The notes under the pieces are model-generated. The model ran no database searches. It was given only the letters and a program-made list of their open reading frames with translations, and was not told the origin of the DNA. The translations under genes were made by a program, and so were the position numbers. Source: a virus (taxonomy: Duplodnaviria > Caudoviricetes). Taken from it: a stretch of 64,000 nucleotides of DNA. Below are positions 9,499 to 18,274 of the stretch, piece by piece. Numbering within the stretch: position 1 is the first letter of the stretch; the number at the start of each line of letters is the position of its first letter. The stretch is from the IMG/VR virus record IMGVR_UViG_3300036802_000003, positions 75,245 to 139,244 of that record, one strand, 5' to 3'.

Positions 9499-9795
9499 AT
9501 GAACGAACTAGGTAACGCAGAGGCACACATCACTATAGAGGTAAAGCCAGGTAGCGAGTGGGATATACACCCTACATTTACAAATGGTCTACAAGACCTA
9601 GAGCCAGGTGGGGTAGTAGTAGACCATATGGCTAGATATAGAGAGGTACCAGAGGACTATCAAGCTCTATTTACTGAGCAGGCATATACTCATCCTAAGG
9701 ACAGTGTATGGGTGGCATATAAGTACTGGGATGATAACTCTACACTATACTACCTGCCTACTAAAGTTTTCTTAGGAGCAGTAACTCACAAATAG
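9499..9795 (+). CDS. hypothetical early protein (paralog of 8076..8396)
   Basis: ORF with SD. Confidence 0.75.
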   Translation: MNELGNAEAHITIEVKPGSEWDIHPTFTNGLQDLEPGGVVVDHMARYREVPEDYQALFTEQAYTHPKDSVWVAYKYWDDNSTLYYLPTKVFLGAVTHK

Positions 9796-9870
9796 ATATT
9801 GCTAGGTAGCCTTGTACGCAGGGCTACTCCTGGAATACCTATACTCACAGATAAAAGGAGAGAGTTGACT

Positions 9871-10101
9871 ATGATAAACCTATATGGAACAGTAACACCA
9901 GAGGTAAAGGAATGGATAGCAAAGGAGATACGTGGTAATATAGAGGGTACTAGTGCATGGCTAGTAGGTAAGGGTAAAGACCCTATCAAGTATACGGAAG
10001 AGGATATTGAATGCCTAGTAATAGACTTCCTAAATGGGGTACATGAACAGGTTACTATTGATATGGCTAGTAGATTCGAGATAGAGGGGGACTTACTATA
10101 A
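9871..10101 (+). CDS. hypothetical early protein
   Basis: ATG (MINLYG) after AAAGGAGAG SD. Confidence 0.7.
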   Translation: MINLYGTVTPEVKEWIAKEIRGNIEGTSAWLVGKGKDPIKYTEEDIECLVIDFLNGVHEQVTIDMASRFEIEGDLL

Positions 10102-10319
10102 TGGGTACTATTACAGATGAGCAGGTATTAGAATGGCTAAAGGAAAAGGTAGTAGCAGAGGCTAAGAACTGTAGGGAGCAGGGCTTCCATGTACCTAGTA
10201 TGACACAGTATGATGTGGATAGGGCTGCTAGTAACTTATTAGAGGATATAGACCAACACTTGGTAGCTAAGGCTATAGAGGACGCACTAGGTATAGACAT
10301 GAATAACCCAGACTACTAG
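10101..10319 (+). CDS. hypothetical early protein
   Basis: Coupled ORF; terminator follows (~10329-10362). Confidence 0.7.
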   Translation: MGTITDEQVLEWLKEKVVAEAKNCREQGFHVPSMTQYDVDRAASNLLEDIDQHLVAKAIEDALGIDMNNPDY

Positions 10320-10598
10320 ATAATATACACCCTATATACACAAACGTATATAGGGTTTTCTTATGCTCGTTTCTATGAGAGGTACCTACAAATGCACTTC
10401 CTATTAAAGCAACTCGGTTCGCTCATCAGAATCTCCTCCCACCATTCAATCCCCTCCACCAACCTTTCGCTCTACAAAAAGTTCTAACACTCACCTACTC
10501 GAATTTCTCCTGCTTCAATCTTCTGACCCTTTCTCCTTTCTGGTGGATCCACTTACAGAGTTGATATAGCACTCACATAGGAGCAGAGGAGGGCATAG

Positions 10599-10627
10599 AA
10601 AAAGGGAGTACCAATTGGTACTCCCTT
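10599..10627 (-). terminator. Rho-independent terminator of minus-strand early arm
   Basis: AAAAA-GGGAGTACCAATTGGTACTCCC perfect hairpin. Confidence 0.7.
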
Positions 10628-10635
10628 ACACTCAC

Positions 10636-10941
10636 TTACATAGGGGACACTATAGCTATAGGAGGCAGTGTCTCTACTTCAAATCCACGCTCCGTATACC
10701 ACTCAGTAGTGGCACTTATCCACTCACTCATACTTGTCTCTACGTCATCTATCTCTTCATCTAGAGGGTCTAACCCACGCACTCGATACATGATAGCCTT
10801 AACATCTGGGTAGTCAACCTCAGGTATCTCACCCTCACCACTCACTAGCAGTAAAGATACATACTCACTCTCACGTATGAAGTCACCTGCATCTAAATCA
10901 TAATATCCAAATGGCTCAACTGCTACTACTAACTTACTCAT
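10636..10941 (-). CDS. hypothetical early protein
   Basis: ORF after hairpin-RBS cassette. Confidence 0.75.
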   Translation of the reverse strand: MSKLVVAVEPFGYYDLDAGDFIRESEYVSLLLVSGEGEIPEVDYPDVKAIMYRVRGLDPLDEEIDDVETSMSEWISATTEWYTERGFEVETLPPIAIVSPM

Positions 10942-11013
10942 ACTTACCACTCCTCTTATCTAGGTAACCAATAGGTTCCATGATACCCCCTCCGTAGAGG
11001 GAGTACTAGCAAC

Positions 11014-11424
11014 TTACTGAATCTTACCAGCCGCACGTAGTGCCATAATAGTACGCATTCTCATAATCTGCTCGCTATCAGTAAACTCTACTGCTATATC
11101 GTTATCTAAGCAGAGTGTCATAAGAGCCTCCATAGTATAGTCTGCATATTTAGCTTTCTTCTTAGTAGATGGCTCCTTAGGATAGTGGAAGTATAGGATA
11201 GCCATACATACTCTCATTCTATGAATTTGTTCGTTATCATTAGGTGTGAATACTAATCCTTCTACTTGACACCAATCCTCTAGGATAGACACATCCAGTT
11301 GCTTATAGAATTTTTGTAGCCATTTCTTATCCTCGAAGATACCTACCTCAGGATATCCATTATTACTAGTAATCCATTCCATAGCGTCTACCTTACCGTT
11401 GATGATATTCTCTTTTTTACTCAT
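11014..11424 (-). CDS. early protein with two helical repeat modules
   Basis: Clear paralog of 12851..13252 and of the 5389..6207 C-terminus. Confidence 0.85.
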   Translation of the reverse strand: MSKKENIINGKVDAMEWITSNNGYPEVGIFEDKKWLQKFYKQLDVSILEDWCQVEGLVFTPNDNEQIHRMRVCMAILYFHYPKEPSTKKKAKYADYTMEALMTLCLDNDIAVEFTDSEQIMRMRTIMALRAAGKIQ

Positions 11425-11494
11425 ATCATATTCCTCCTATGCCTCTGTGGGCTGGTCTTGTAGGAGTCGGTGTGACCCGCTCCCCTTGAATAAA

Positions 11495-11530
11495 TTATAT
11501 CACGGGTGTGCCGATAACTCAAGGACGTTT
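11495..11530 (-). promoter_or_regulatory. early sigmaA promoter
   Basis: Minus strand AACGTCC-TTGAGT...TGATATAAT. Confidence 0.8.
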
Positions 11531-11909
11531 ACTCGTATAGGATGGGGCATACACCTAGCCCTGTTGGGCTTTCTATGGGGGTTACCTACAAACTCCTTTC
11601 AAATAAAGCAATCGGAGTTCGCTTATCAATTACTTTCTCCCCACCAATATACCCAACAACAACCCTTCGCTCATATATCTTTTGTATGTGAATTTCTCTC
11701 TTCTCTCTCTTTCATATACAAATGGTTCTGACTGATTTTGAAGCAGAAAACTGACACAGAACAACACACCAAACACAATTTTTGAGCTACAACTTTTGTA
11801 CCCAAATTTCTTGTTGAAACCGTTTTGAACCCTTTTGCCCTTCCACTCACAAAGATGCGAAAACGGGCTAAAAGATGCCCTACACCCACAAACGCACAAA
11901 AATAGACAC

Positions 11910-12065
11910 CTACTTACTGTAGGTGTCTTGATACGCTTCTAACTGCTTCTCTACTCCAGGGTGTGTCCACGTCACTGCTGTATACACAAGGTTACAAGCT
12001 AGGTAAAGGAGCGTACACGCTCCTGTTACCACTAGCACTCGCTTAATCGTTCTAACAGTCTTCAC
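11910..12065 (-). CDS. small membrane protein (51 aa)
   Basis: GGAGGTG SD before GTG 12065; single hydrophobic segment. Confidence 0.6.
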   Translation of the reverse strand: MKTVRTIKRVLVVTGACTLLYLACNLVYTAVTWTHPGVEKQLEAYQDTYSK

Positions 12066-12201
12066 TAGGCTCACCTCCGTTACAGTCGTCACAGATGTCC
12101 ATAGGGTCATCATACGCTGGGTCATTAGGGCACTGCTTCTGGAACATCTTACCACACAGGTCACACGTTACACTCTCTAGATAGTACTTTACGTTACTCA
12201 C
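12052..12201 (-). CDS. Zn-ribbon microprotein (49 aa)
   Basis: Hand-translated MSNVKYYLESVTCDLCG...ICDDCN; SD GGAGGTG. Confidence 0.6.
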   Translation of the reverse strand: MSNVKYYLESVTCDLCGKMFQKQCPNDPAYDDPMDICDDCNGGEPSEDC

Positions 12202-12518
12202 AGGATTCCACCTCCGATACTCACGATACCCTTACGAGCGTACCTCATCAGGTACTCTAGGTTGTTCCTAGCACTCTGCTCACTCACTACTCCAGTACTC
12301 ATCAACGGTACTACACTGCCCACTAACGAGTCGTTCACTGCTACGATAGAGGCACAGAACTCATCCTCCTGCACTTGGTCTAGGATAACCACCCAGATAG
12401 ACTCAGTACCTTCATACTCACGAGCATCACTGCCCACCATACGGAAGTAGTGCATCTCACTAGGTGAATTCTCCTCCAGAATAACCCACTCAGGGACGTA
12501 CGTTTTAGTTTTACCCAT
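12198..12518 (-). CDS. hypothetical early protein
   Basis: ORF after hairpin-RBS cassette. Confidence 0.75.
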   Translation of the reverse strand: MGKTKTYVPEWVILEENSPSEMHYFRMVGSDAREYEGTESIWVVILDQVQEDEFCASIVAVNDSLVGSVVPLMSTGVVSEQSARNNLEYLMRYARKGIVSIGGGIL

Positions 12519-12595
12519 ACTAACCACTCCTTTTCACTAGGTAGCTAAGTAGCTCCAGGGCACCCACCCCCGTAGGGGTGAGCACTAGCAGATAC

Positions 12596-12775
12596 TTACC
12601 CCACTAGGGACGCTACTAACTCAACGTCCTCGTAGTCCACTGACAGGGCAATCTTAGACCCATCAGTACACTCAATGATGATACCGTTCCACTCACCTTC
12701 ACCGTCCCAGTTCTCACTCACGGTACTCACAGTCTTACCCTCTAAGGACTTCACAAGACTCCAAAACTTACTCAC
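12596..12775 (-). CDS. hypothetical early protein
   Basis: ORF after hairpin-RBS cassette. Confidence 0.7.
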   Translation of the reverse strand: MSKFWSLVKSLEGKTVSTVSENWDGEGEWNGIIIECTDGSKIALSVDYEDVELVASLVG

Positions 12776-12850
12776 ACTAACCACTCCTTTTGTCTAGGTA
12801 GCTTACACAAGCTCCATGGGATACCCCCCGTAGGGGGTAGCCTAGCAACC

Positions 12851-13252
12851 CTAAGCTTTCTCGATGTGACCTGCTGCACGTAGCGCCATGATAGTTCGCA
12901 TACGCATAATCTGTTCAGACTCTGTGTACTCCACCGCCACGTCGTTGTCTAGGCACATCTGCATAAGCTGTTCCATAGTGTAGTCTGCGTACTTAGCTTT
13001 TTTCTTAGCGGAAGGCTCCTTAGGGAAGTGTAGGTACAGGATAGCCATACACATCCGCATACGGTTGATAGCCTCAGAATCCTCACAAGGTTTGAACTCT
13101 AGTCCTTCGATACCAATCCAGTCACCTAGAGTTACATCATCAAGTTGTTTGTAGAACTTCTGTAGGTCTTTTTTCTCTGTGAAGTGCCCTACCTCTGGAA
13201 AACCGTTTTCCTCTACGTGCTTCACTGCGTCTACCTTTTTCGCTTTAGCCAT
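12851..13252 (-). CDS. early protein with two helical repeat modules
   Basis: Paralog of 11014..11424. Confidence 0.85.
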   Translation of the reverse strand: MAKAKKVDAVKHVEENGFPEVGHFTEKKDLQKFYKQLDDVTLGDWIGIEGLEFKPCEDSEAINRMRMCMAILYLHFPKEPSAKKKAKYADYTMEQLMQMCLDNDVAVEYTESEQIMRMRTIMALRAAGHIEKA

Positions 13253-13349
13253 AATCAATCAATCTCCTTTTCGCTCTTGAGTTTTTTGTGTAGGTCGTGG
13301 GTACCGTCCGTGTGTTGCTCTGGTGTGGTGCCCTCTTCCTCTTGAACTA

Positions 13350-13386
13350 AGTTTACCACGAAACGGAGGTAAAGTCAAGGACGTTT
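13350..13386 (-). promoter_or_regulatory. early sigmaA promoter
   Basis: Minus strand AACGTCC-TTGACT...TGGTAAACT. Confidence 0.75.
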
Positions 13387-13579
13387 CCCTACTTAGAGTG
13401 GGGGTATATCCCTAGCCCTAGGCGTTTCTATGGGGTCTAGGTAGAAACTTGCTTCATATAAAGAAGAGCGAGGTATCGCTTCACCACCAGTTCCCCCACC
13501 ACAACCCTTATCTTTAATATAAATATAATATAATGTTCTAATATCCTCTTTCTTCTATATAATTTCCTTTTAGTATACT

Positions 13580-13752
13580 AATAATACGATATATGCATAT
13601 TACACACTTAATATATACACAAAACACAATATACTAAAACACATACTCTTAATAAGCGAATAATACGATATATACGGGCTATAACACTAAATCACAATAA
13701 CACGATATCCTTGGGGCAGGACATTACTTGCAATATACGAATAATACGATAT
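13580..13752 (+). repeat. four AATAA[T/C]ACGATAT direct repeats in AT-rich non-coding DNA
   Basis: Copies at 13580, 13659, 13696, 13740. Confidence 0.7.
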
Positions 13753-14422
13753 ACACGGACTGTAGACATCGAGCATTTGCGTGGCGCAGGACAGGGCTTA
13801 GGGCGTACCTGATACAGCAGAGGCAGCGCTATAGTGCCTAAGCGTTCCAGCAGTCCGTGGGGCAGCACTAAGACGCTAGGCGTCCCCAGAATCCTTGGGG
13901 CAGTCTTAGATAGTAATCGACGTTCGTTATCACTTACTCTCTTCACCACCAATTACCCCACCACCAACCTTTCGTACTAAATAGATATTATAAACTCTAC
14001 TCTCTTATAACTTTCATCTGCTAACTATGTTCATCTTCCTTCCTCTTTTTCTTTTTGTGCCTTCAACTCCTACAACTATCAACTGTACACATTTTGTTAC
14101 TGTATGTTTTCTCTCTTCTTCGTCTATGGTCTCGTTTTGACTGTACGTGGTATATGCCTCCGCATTTAAATTTTTTATTAAAGCTTAAAGATATAAATAC
14201 TTAAAAGAGTCTTTTAATATACTCTTTTTTAAATTAAAAAATAAATACTTAAAAGCTTTAAATTACGTACGAAGTACGTAACTAAAAAGCGATAGCGACC
14301 ATAGGAACGTCCCACCTGCAAGGAGTAGATTATAGGATGGTGGGTCATCCTCTACCAGTTTCGTAGGAAGGAGAAGATTTGGGACTTGTTCCCTTCTTTT
14401 AGTGCAAAGGGAGGTTGTGAGC

Positions 14423-15553
14423 ATGGGAGTGTTCAGTAACGAATTAATACAGAAATTGAGAAACAAATACCTAGAAATCTGTAGCCATAAGGAGTTGTTG
14501 AAAGATATAAGTGGTGTATCAGAATTCAAAGAGTCAGAGCAAGCTATTAAATGGGAGCTAACTAAAGCCAAGGAAGATATGGGTACCTTGATGGATAAAG
14601 CTCTTAAGACTATGAAGTTAGCCAGTAACGTAGAGAGATTGTGGGATGACTGGTATGTAGTACGTCATGTTAGACCAGGTGGTGAAACTGCTTTAGAGCT
14701 AAAGTGCCTAATACCTGGAGAAACTCCAAAGCTTCGTAGGGATGGTAGGAATGATAGAGAGTTAAGTAGAGCTGACTTAGACTTCTTCCTTCCAGCAATG
14801 GAGAATACCTTCAGTAAGCATTTATGGCAAGATGAGGTAAAGCTAGAGGTTGCTAAGTTGTACCCAATCTATGCTATAGAGAAGCCTAAGGTTGAAGTAG
14901 CTGACCAAGTGGTGATTAAACCTTTACCTAAGATAACAGTAGCTGAGGTCAATGGAGAATCCCAGATAGTAGTAGAGCCTAAGCCAGATAACAGCGTAAC
15001 AGTACATGCTGGTGGTAGGTTCGTTCAACGTAAGTTGATGCTACATGTTAGCTCTTTAGATAAGGCTCAGAAGCATTTCCTACACAATGTAACAGAAATC
15101 AAGCCTAAGATTCTAGAAGCATTCCATGCTCCTACTACAGAGCTATTGTTTGAAGATGAAGAAGGTATAGCGTACTACTTTGATGCTGATAACTTTGTAT
15201 ACCTTTGGGGTAAAGGCGATGGTAGAATCATTACCTTCTATGAAGAGGACTTTGGCTTTGCCAAGCATATCAACCGTAGCATTGTAATGCAACAGGTAGA
15301 AGAGTTGAAGAATGCCTATGAGTACTACTGTCAGCTTCAGGTAGAGAACGCTAATGAGCATGAGAATGCTAAATCATCCCTAGACTTGATAGCTGATGAG
15401 GAAGCGTTGCTACTAGCTAAGCTAGAAGCTCTTAGAGCACATAAGACAGAGATTACTGCATCTCTTGACCTATCAGACAAGACTCTTGCTAGTCATAAGA
15501 AGGAATATGAAGCTGAACGTAATAAGCTATTCCGTAAATCCAAAACGAACTAG
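14423..15553 (+). CDS. hypothetical protein with C-terminal coiled coil
   Basis: Long ORF; SD GGGAGG before MGVF. Confidence 0.75.
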   Translation: MGVFSNELIQKLRNKYLEICSHKELLKDISGVSEFKESEQAIKWELTKAKEDMGTLMDKALKTMKLASNVERLWDDWYVVRHVRPGGETALELKCLIPGETPKLRRDGRNDRELSRADLDFFLPAMENTFSKHLWQDEVKLEVAKLYPIYAIEKPKVEVADQVVIKPLPKITVAEVNGESQIVVEPKPDNSVTVHAGGRFVQRKLMLHVSSLDKAQKHFLHNVTEIKPKILEAFHAPTTELLFEDEEGIAYYFDADNFVYLWGKGDGRIITFYEEDFGFAKHINRSIVMQQVEELKNAYEYYCQLQVENANEHENAKSSLDLIADEEALLLAKLEALRAHKTEITASLDLSDKTLASHKKEYEAERNKLFRKSKTN

Positions 15554-15564
15554 GAGGAGATAGG

Positions 15565-16098
15565 ATGTATACATTAGAGAACTGTAAGGATTGTAGACAT
15601 GAGAAGGTTTGTAAGTACATTGACGTATTCAAGAACATGAAGGATAACGGTGTACCAGTAGACTATGAAGACCCAAGCTTGTGTACTGCATTTGAACCTG
15701 ATGTAGGTGATGCTGGGGTAGATGAACTCATTAAGACTATGCTCAAGACTAGCCCTAACGTACAGTTCATGTCTATGGATCAGTTTACTAAGGAAGCTAA
15801 CGACAAGGTGATTCGTAGGCATGTAGGTAAGAAAGACCCAGATGAGGCTATACAACAAATGAATGAGTATATCTTGAAGGGTATACGTGACTATCAAGTA
15901 CAGGAAAAGATAGACCCTGATATGATTAAGTTCAACCCAGAGACCTTAGAGATGGTGGGACTTGAACTATCAGGTATATACTCTGTACCAGGCTTTGGTG
16001 ACCTTGATGTGGAGTACGATGATGACATGGAGCTAGGTATGTTCTGGTTAGGTCATACTGAAGAGACTGAGGAAGACGGTGAGGAAGAAGAGTTCTAA
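15565..16098 (+). CDS. hypothetical protein with N-terminal Cys cluster
   Basis: CxxCxHxxxC...C; acidic tail; terminator 16118-16147. Confidence 0.7.
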   Translation: MYTLENCKDCRHEKVCKYIDVFKNMKDNGVPVDYEDPSLCTAFEPDVGDAGVDELIKTMLKTSPNVQFMSMDQFTKEANDKVIRRHVGKKDPDEAIQQMNEYILKGIRDYQVQEKIDPDMIKFNPETLEMVGLELSGIYSVPGFGDLDVEYDDDMELGMFWLGHTEETEEDGEEEEF

Positions 16099-16174
16099 TA
16101 GAATAGTTGGTATAACAGGCGTGTATCATTGATACACGTCTTTTTTGTATTTTTTCAAAGAAAGGAGGGATACC

Positions 16175-16564
16175 ATGAAACGTCCAACACTGGTATCAAG
16201 CTTATCTGCGTCATTCCGAAAAGCTACCCTACCTGAGAATGCGGAGGAAGCTAAGTTAGAGCATAGGGCAACGGTCAGAAACCTGATTGATACCTATTTT
16301 GAAGACTTAGCCCAAAACAAGGTAGAGGGCATTAGGAATGCTAAGGAGCTTGCTGAGATTATTAAGCTAGACTTACTTCTTATGGGTGATGTAACTGAGC
16401 GTACTGAACAGCTTAGTGAACTGGATGAAGTGAAAATCAATAAGGTGGCTGAGCTTATTGATATGGATGACCCTCATATTAGTGACTTACTTGCTAATAT
16501 GATGAAGGAGCTTAACAAGGCTAATGACGATGCTGATATGTCTGTAGCTAAGAAGGGGGTGTAG
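16175..16564 (+). CDS. terS: terminase small subunit (putative)
   Basis: Directly upstream of terL; helical, KLDLLLMGDVTER motif. Confidence 0.6.
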   Translation: MKRPTLVSSLSASFRKATLPENAEEAKLEHRATVRNLIDTYFEDLAQNKVEGIRNAKELAEIIKLDLLLMGDVTERTEQLSELDEVKINKVAELIDMDDPHISDLLANMMKELNKANDDADMSVAKKGV

Positions 16565-16593
16565 CCCCCTTTATCTATTAAGGAGGGAGAAAG

Positions 16594-18270
16594 ATGCAAA
16601 TATCCAAAGCACAACTGCAAGAGATGCTAATAAACAAAACACCATCTCTCTATGCATTACGACATCGTTTCATCAAGGGAAACCCCCTTACATTCCATAG
16701 TACGAAGAATGCAATCAAACATAGACCTTGGCAAATAGACATCCTCAATGACCAGCACCCTGATAAGGTAGTACGTAAGTCACGTCAGTTAGGTCTGTCA
16801 GAGATGGCTATCACAGAGTTCACATGGTTCTTGGATACTCATCCAAATACTAAGGCTATGTACACGTTCCCACGTAAAGAGCAAATGGAGGATTTTAGTA
16901 ACACTCGTATAACTCCTATCTTCACTGAGTCAGACTACTTGAACAGTCGTCTTGACCCTAAGATGAACAACGTTCGTCTTAAAAAGCTTACTAACCAGAG
17001 TGTATTGTTCCTACGTTCAGCGTGGGGTAGTGCACTGGGTGAGGGTACCGATATTGATATGCTAGGACTGGATGAGTATGACCGTATGAAAGATGGAGTA
17101 GAGCTAGCCTTCCGTGAGTCTATGAAGTCATCTGCGTATGGTCTAATGAGACGTTGGAGTACTCCTACTATACCTGGTCGTGGTGTGGATTTACTATTCC
17201 AGAAGAGTGACCAACGCTTCTACCACCACAAGTGTGAGAAGTGTGGGCATTGGCAATTCCTTACAGTTGAGGATAACATCCTACAGGTTAAGGATGATGG
17301 TGTTGATATAGTAAGGGAACAGATAAAGGATGGAACATTCATATTCATTTGTAGTGGTTGTAAGCAACCTCTTAACCGTTGGCATCAAGGTGAGTACGTA
17401 GCAAAGCACCCAGATGTGCATGAGATACGTGGCTACCACATCAGTCAGTTAGATGCTGTATGGATTAATGCTGATGAGATTATGCGTAACCAATTCCAGT
17501 ATAAGATTAAGCAATTGTTCTATAACTACGTTATTGGTATACCTTATGCGTCTGAAGGCTTGCTTATCACTGACCAAGACATACTTGCGTGTAAGAAGTA
17601 TGAAGAGCCAATAGGTTACAGGGATTATTCAAAGTATCAGAAGATTGTAGCTGGAGTAGACTGGGGTTACTTCAACTGGATGGTAGTGTTGGGTCTTACT
17701 CATGACAACCGTGTAGACCTATTAGACCTGCATTGGGTGGCTGATAACCCTAACAAACCTCTAGAGAGCGTTAACATCTTCACAGCCCTATTGAAGCCAT
17801 TTGACCCTGACGTTATTGTTGCCGATAATGGTTTTGGAGCTGACCGTAATAGTTACTTAATGCAACAGTTCCCTGGTAGAGTGTATGCATGTGACTGGGA
17901 TACCCCAAGGAACTCAATACCTCTAGTGGATGCATGGAATGACAAAGGTAGACGTGTAAGGGTTGACAAAACTACTAAGATGAAGCGTACTCTATACAAC
18001 CTGAAAGCAAGAGCAATAGGGATGTTTGGTCAGTGTGAGAAGCTGGACATGTTAACCAAGCATTTAAAGAACGTGAGAACTATCATGGAAGAGGAAGATG
18101 GAGAAGTGTATGAAAGGGTAACACGTGTAGGTGATGACCACTTAGCCTGTTCATTAACATATGCGTATATAGCTCTTGACAGAATACTTGCTCTACATGA
18201 GCCTAACACTAACCTTGACTTTGACTTTATGCCAACAGGACAAGGAACACATGGATACGATAGGATGTGA
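16594..18270 (+). CDS. terL: terminase large subunit
   Basis: Walker A KSRQLGLSE, Walker B LGLDEYD, STPT coupling motif, GVDWG nuclease, GDDH; GpA-type with Zn fingers. Confidence 0.95.
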   Translation: MQISKAQLQEMLINKTPSLYALRHRFIKGNPLTFHSTKNAIKHRPWQIDILNDQHPDKVVRKSRQLGLSEMAITEFTWFLDTHPNTKAMYTFPRKEQMEDFSNTRITPIFTESDYLNSRLDPKMNNVRLKKLTNQSVLFLRSAWGSALGEGTDIDMLGLDEYDRMKDGVELAFRESMKSSAYGLMRRWSTPTIPGRGVDLLFQKSDQRFYHHKCEKCGHWQFLTVEDNILQVKDDGVDIVREQIKDGTFIFICSGCKQPLNRWHQGEYVAKHPDVHEIRGYHISQLDAVWINADEIMRNQFQYKIKQLFYNYVIGIPYASEGLLITDQDILACKKYEEPIGYRDYSKYQKIVAGVDWGYFNWMVVLGLTHDNRVDLLDLHWVADNPNKPLESVNIFTALLKPFDPDVIVADNGFGADRNSYLMQQFPGRVYACDWDTPRNSIPLVDAWNDKGRRVRVDKTTKMKRTLYNLKARAIGMFGQCEKLDMLTKHLKNVRTIMEEEDGEVYERVTRVGDDHLACSLTYAYIALDRILALHEPNTNLDFDFMPTGQGTHGYDRM

Positions 18271-18274
18271 TGAT

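Noticed and set aside
11630-11899. ORFs 11630..11899, 11671..11889, 11399..11731, 13692..13952, 20044..20478, 20418..20636
   Set aside because: They lie in low-complexity repeat or regulatory DNA without SDs
6211-12849. CRISPR array or attC-integron interpretation of the repeated hairpins
   Set aside because: Units are separated by whole genes, are not identical, and no cas or integrase gene is in the window
16594-18270. Group I intron or intein in terL
   Set aside because: The ORF is continuous and of normal length
18176-18274. Upstream start of the 651-aa ORF
   Set aside because: Overlaps the terL end; the paralog 43536 aligns from MEL at 18275
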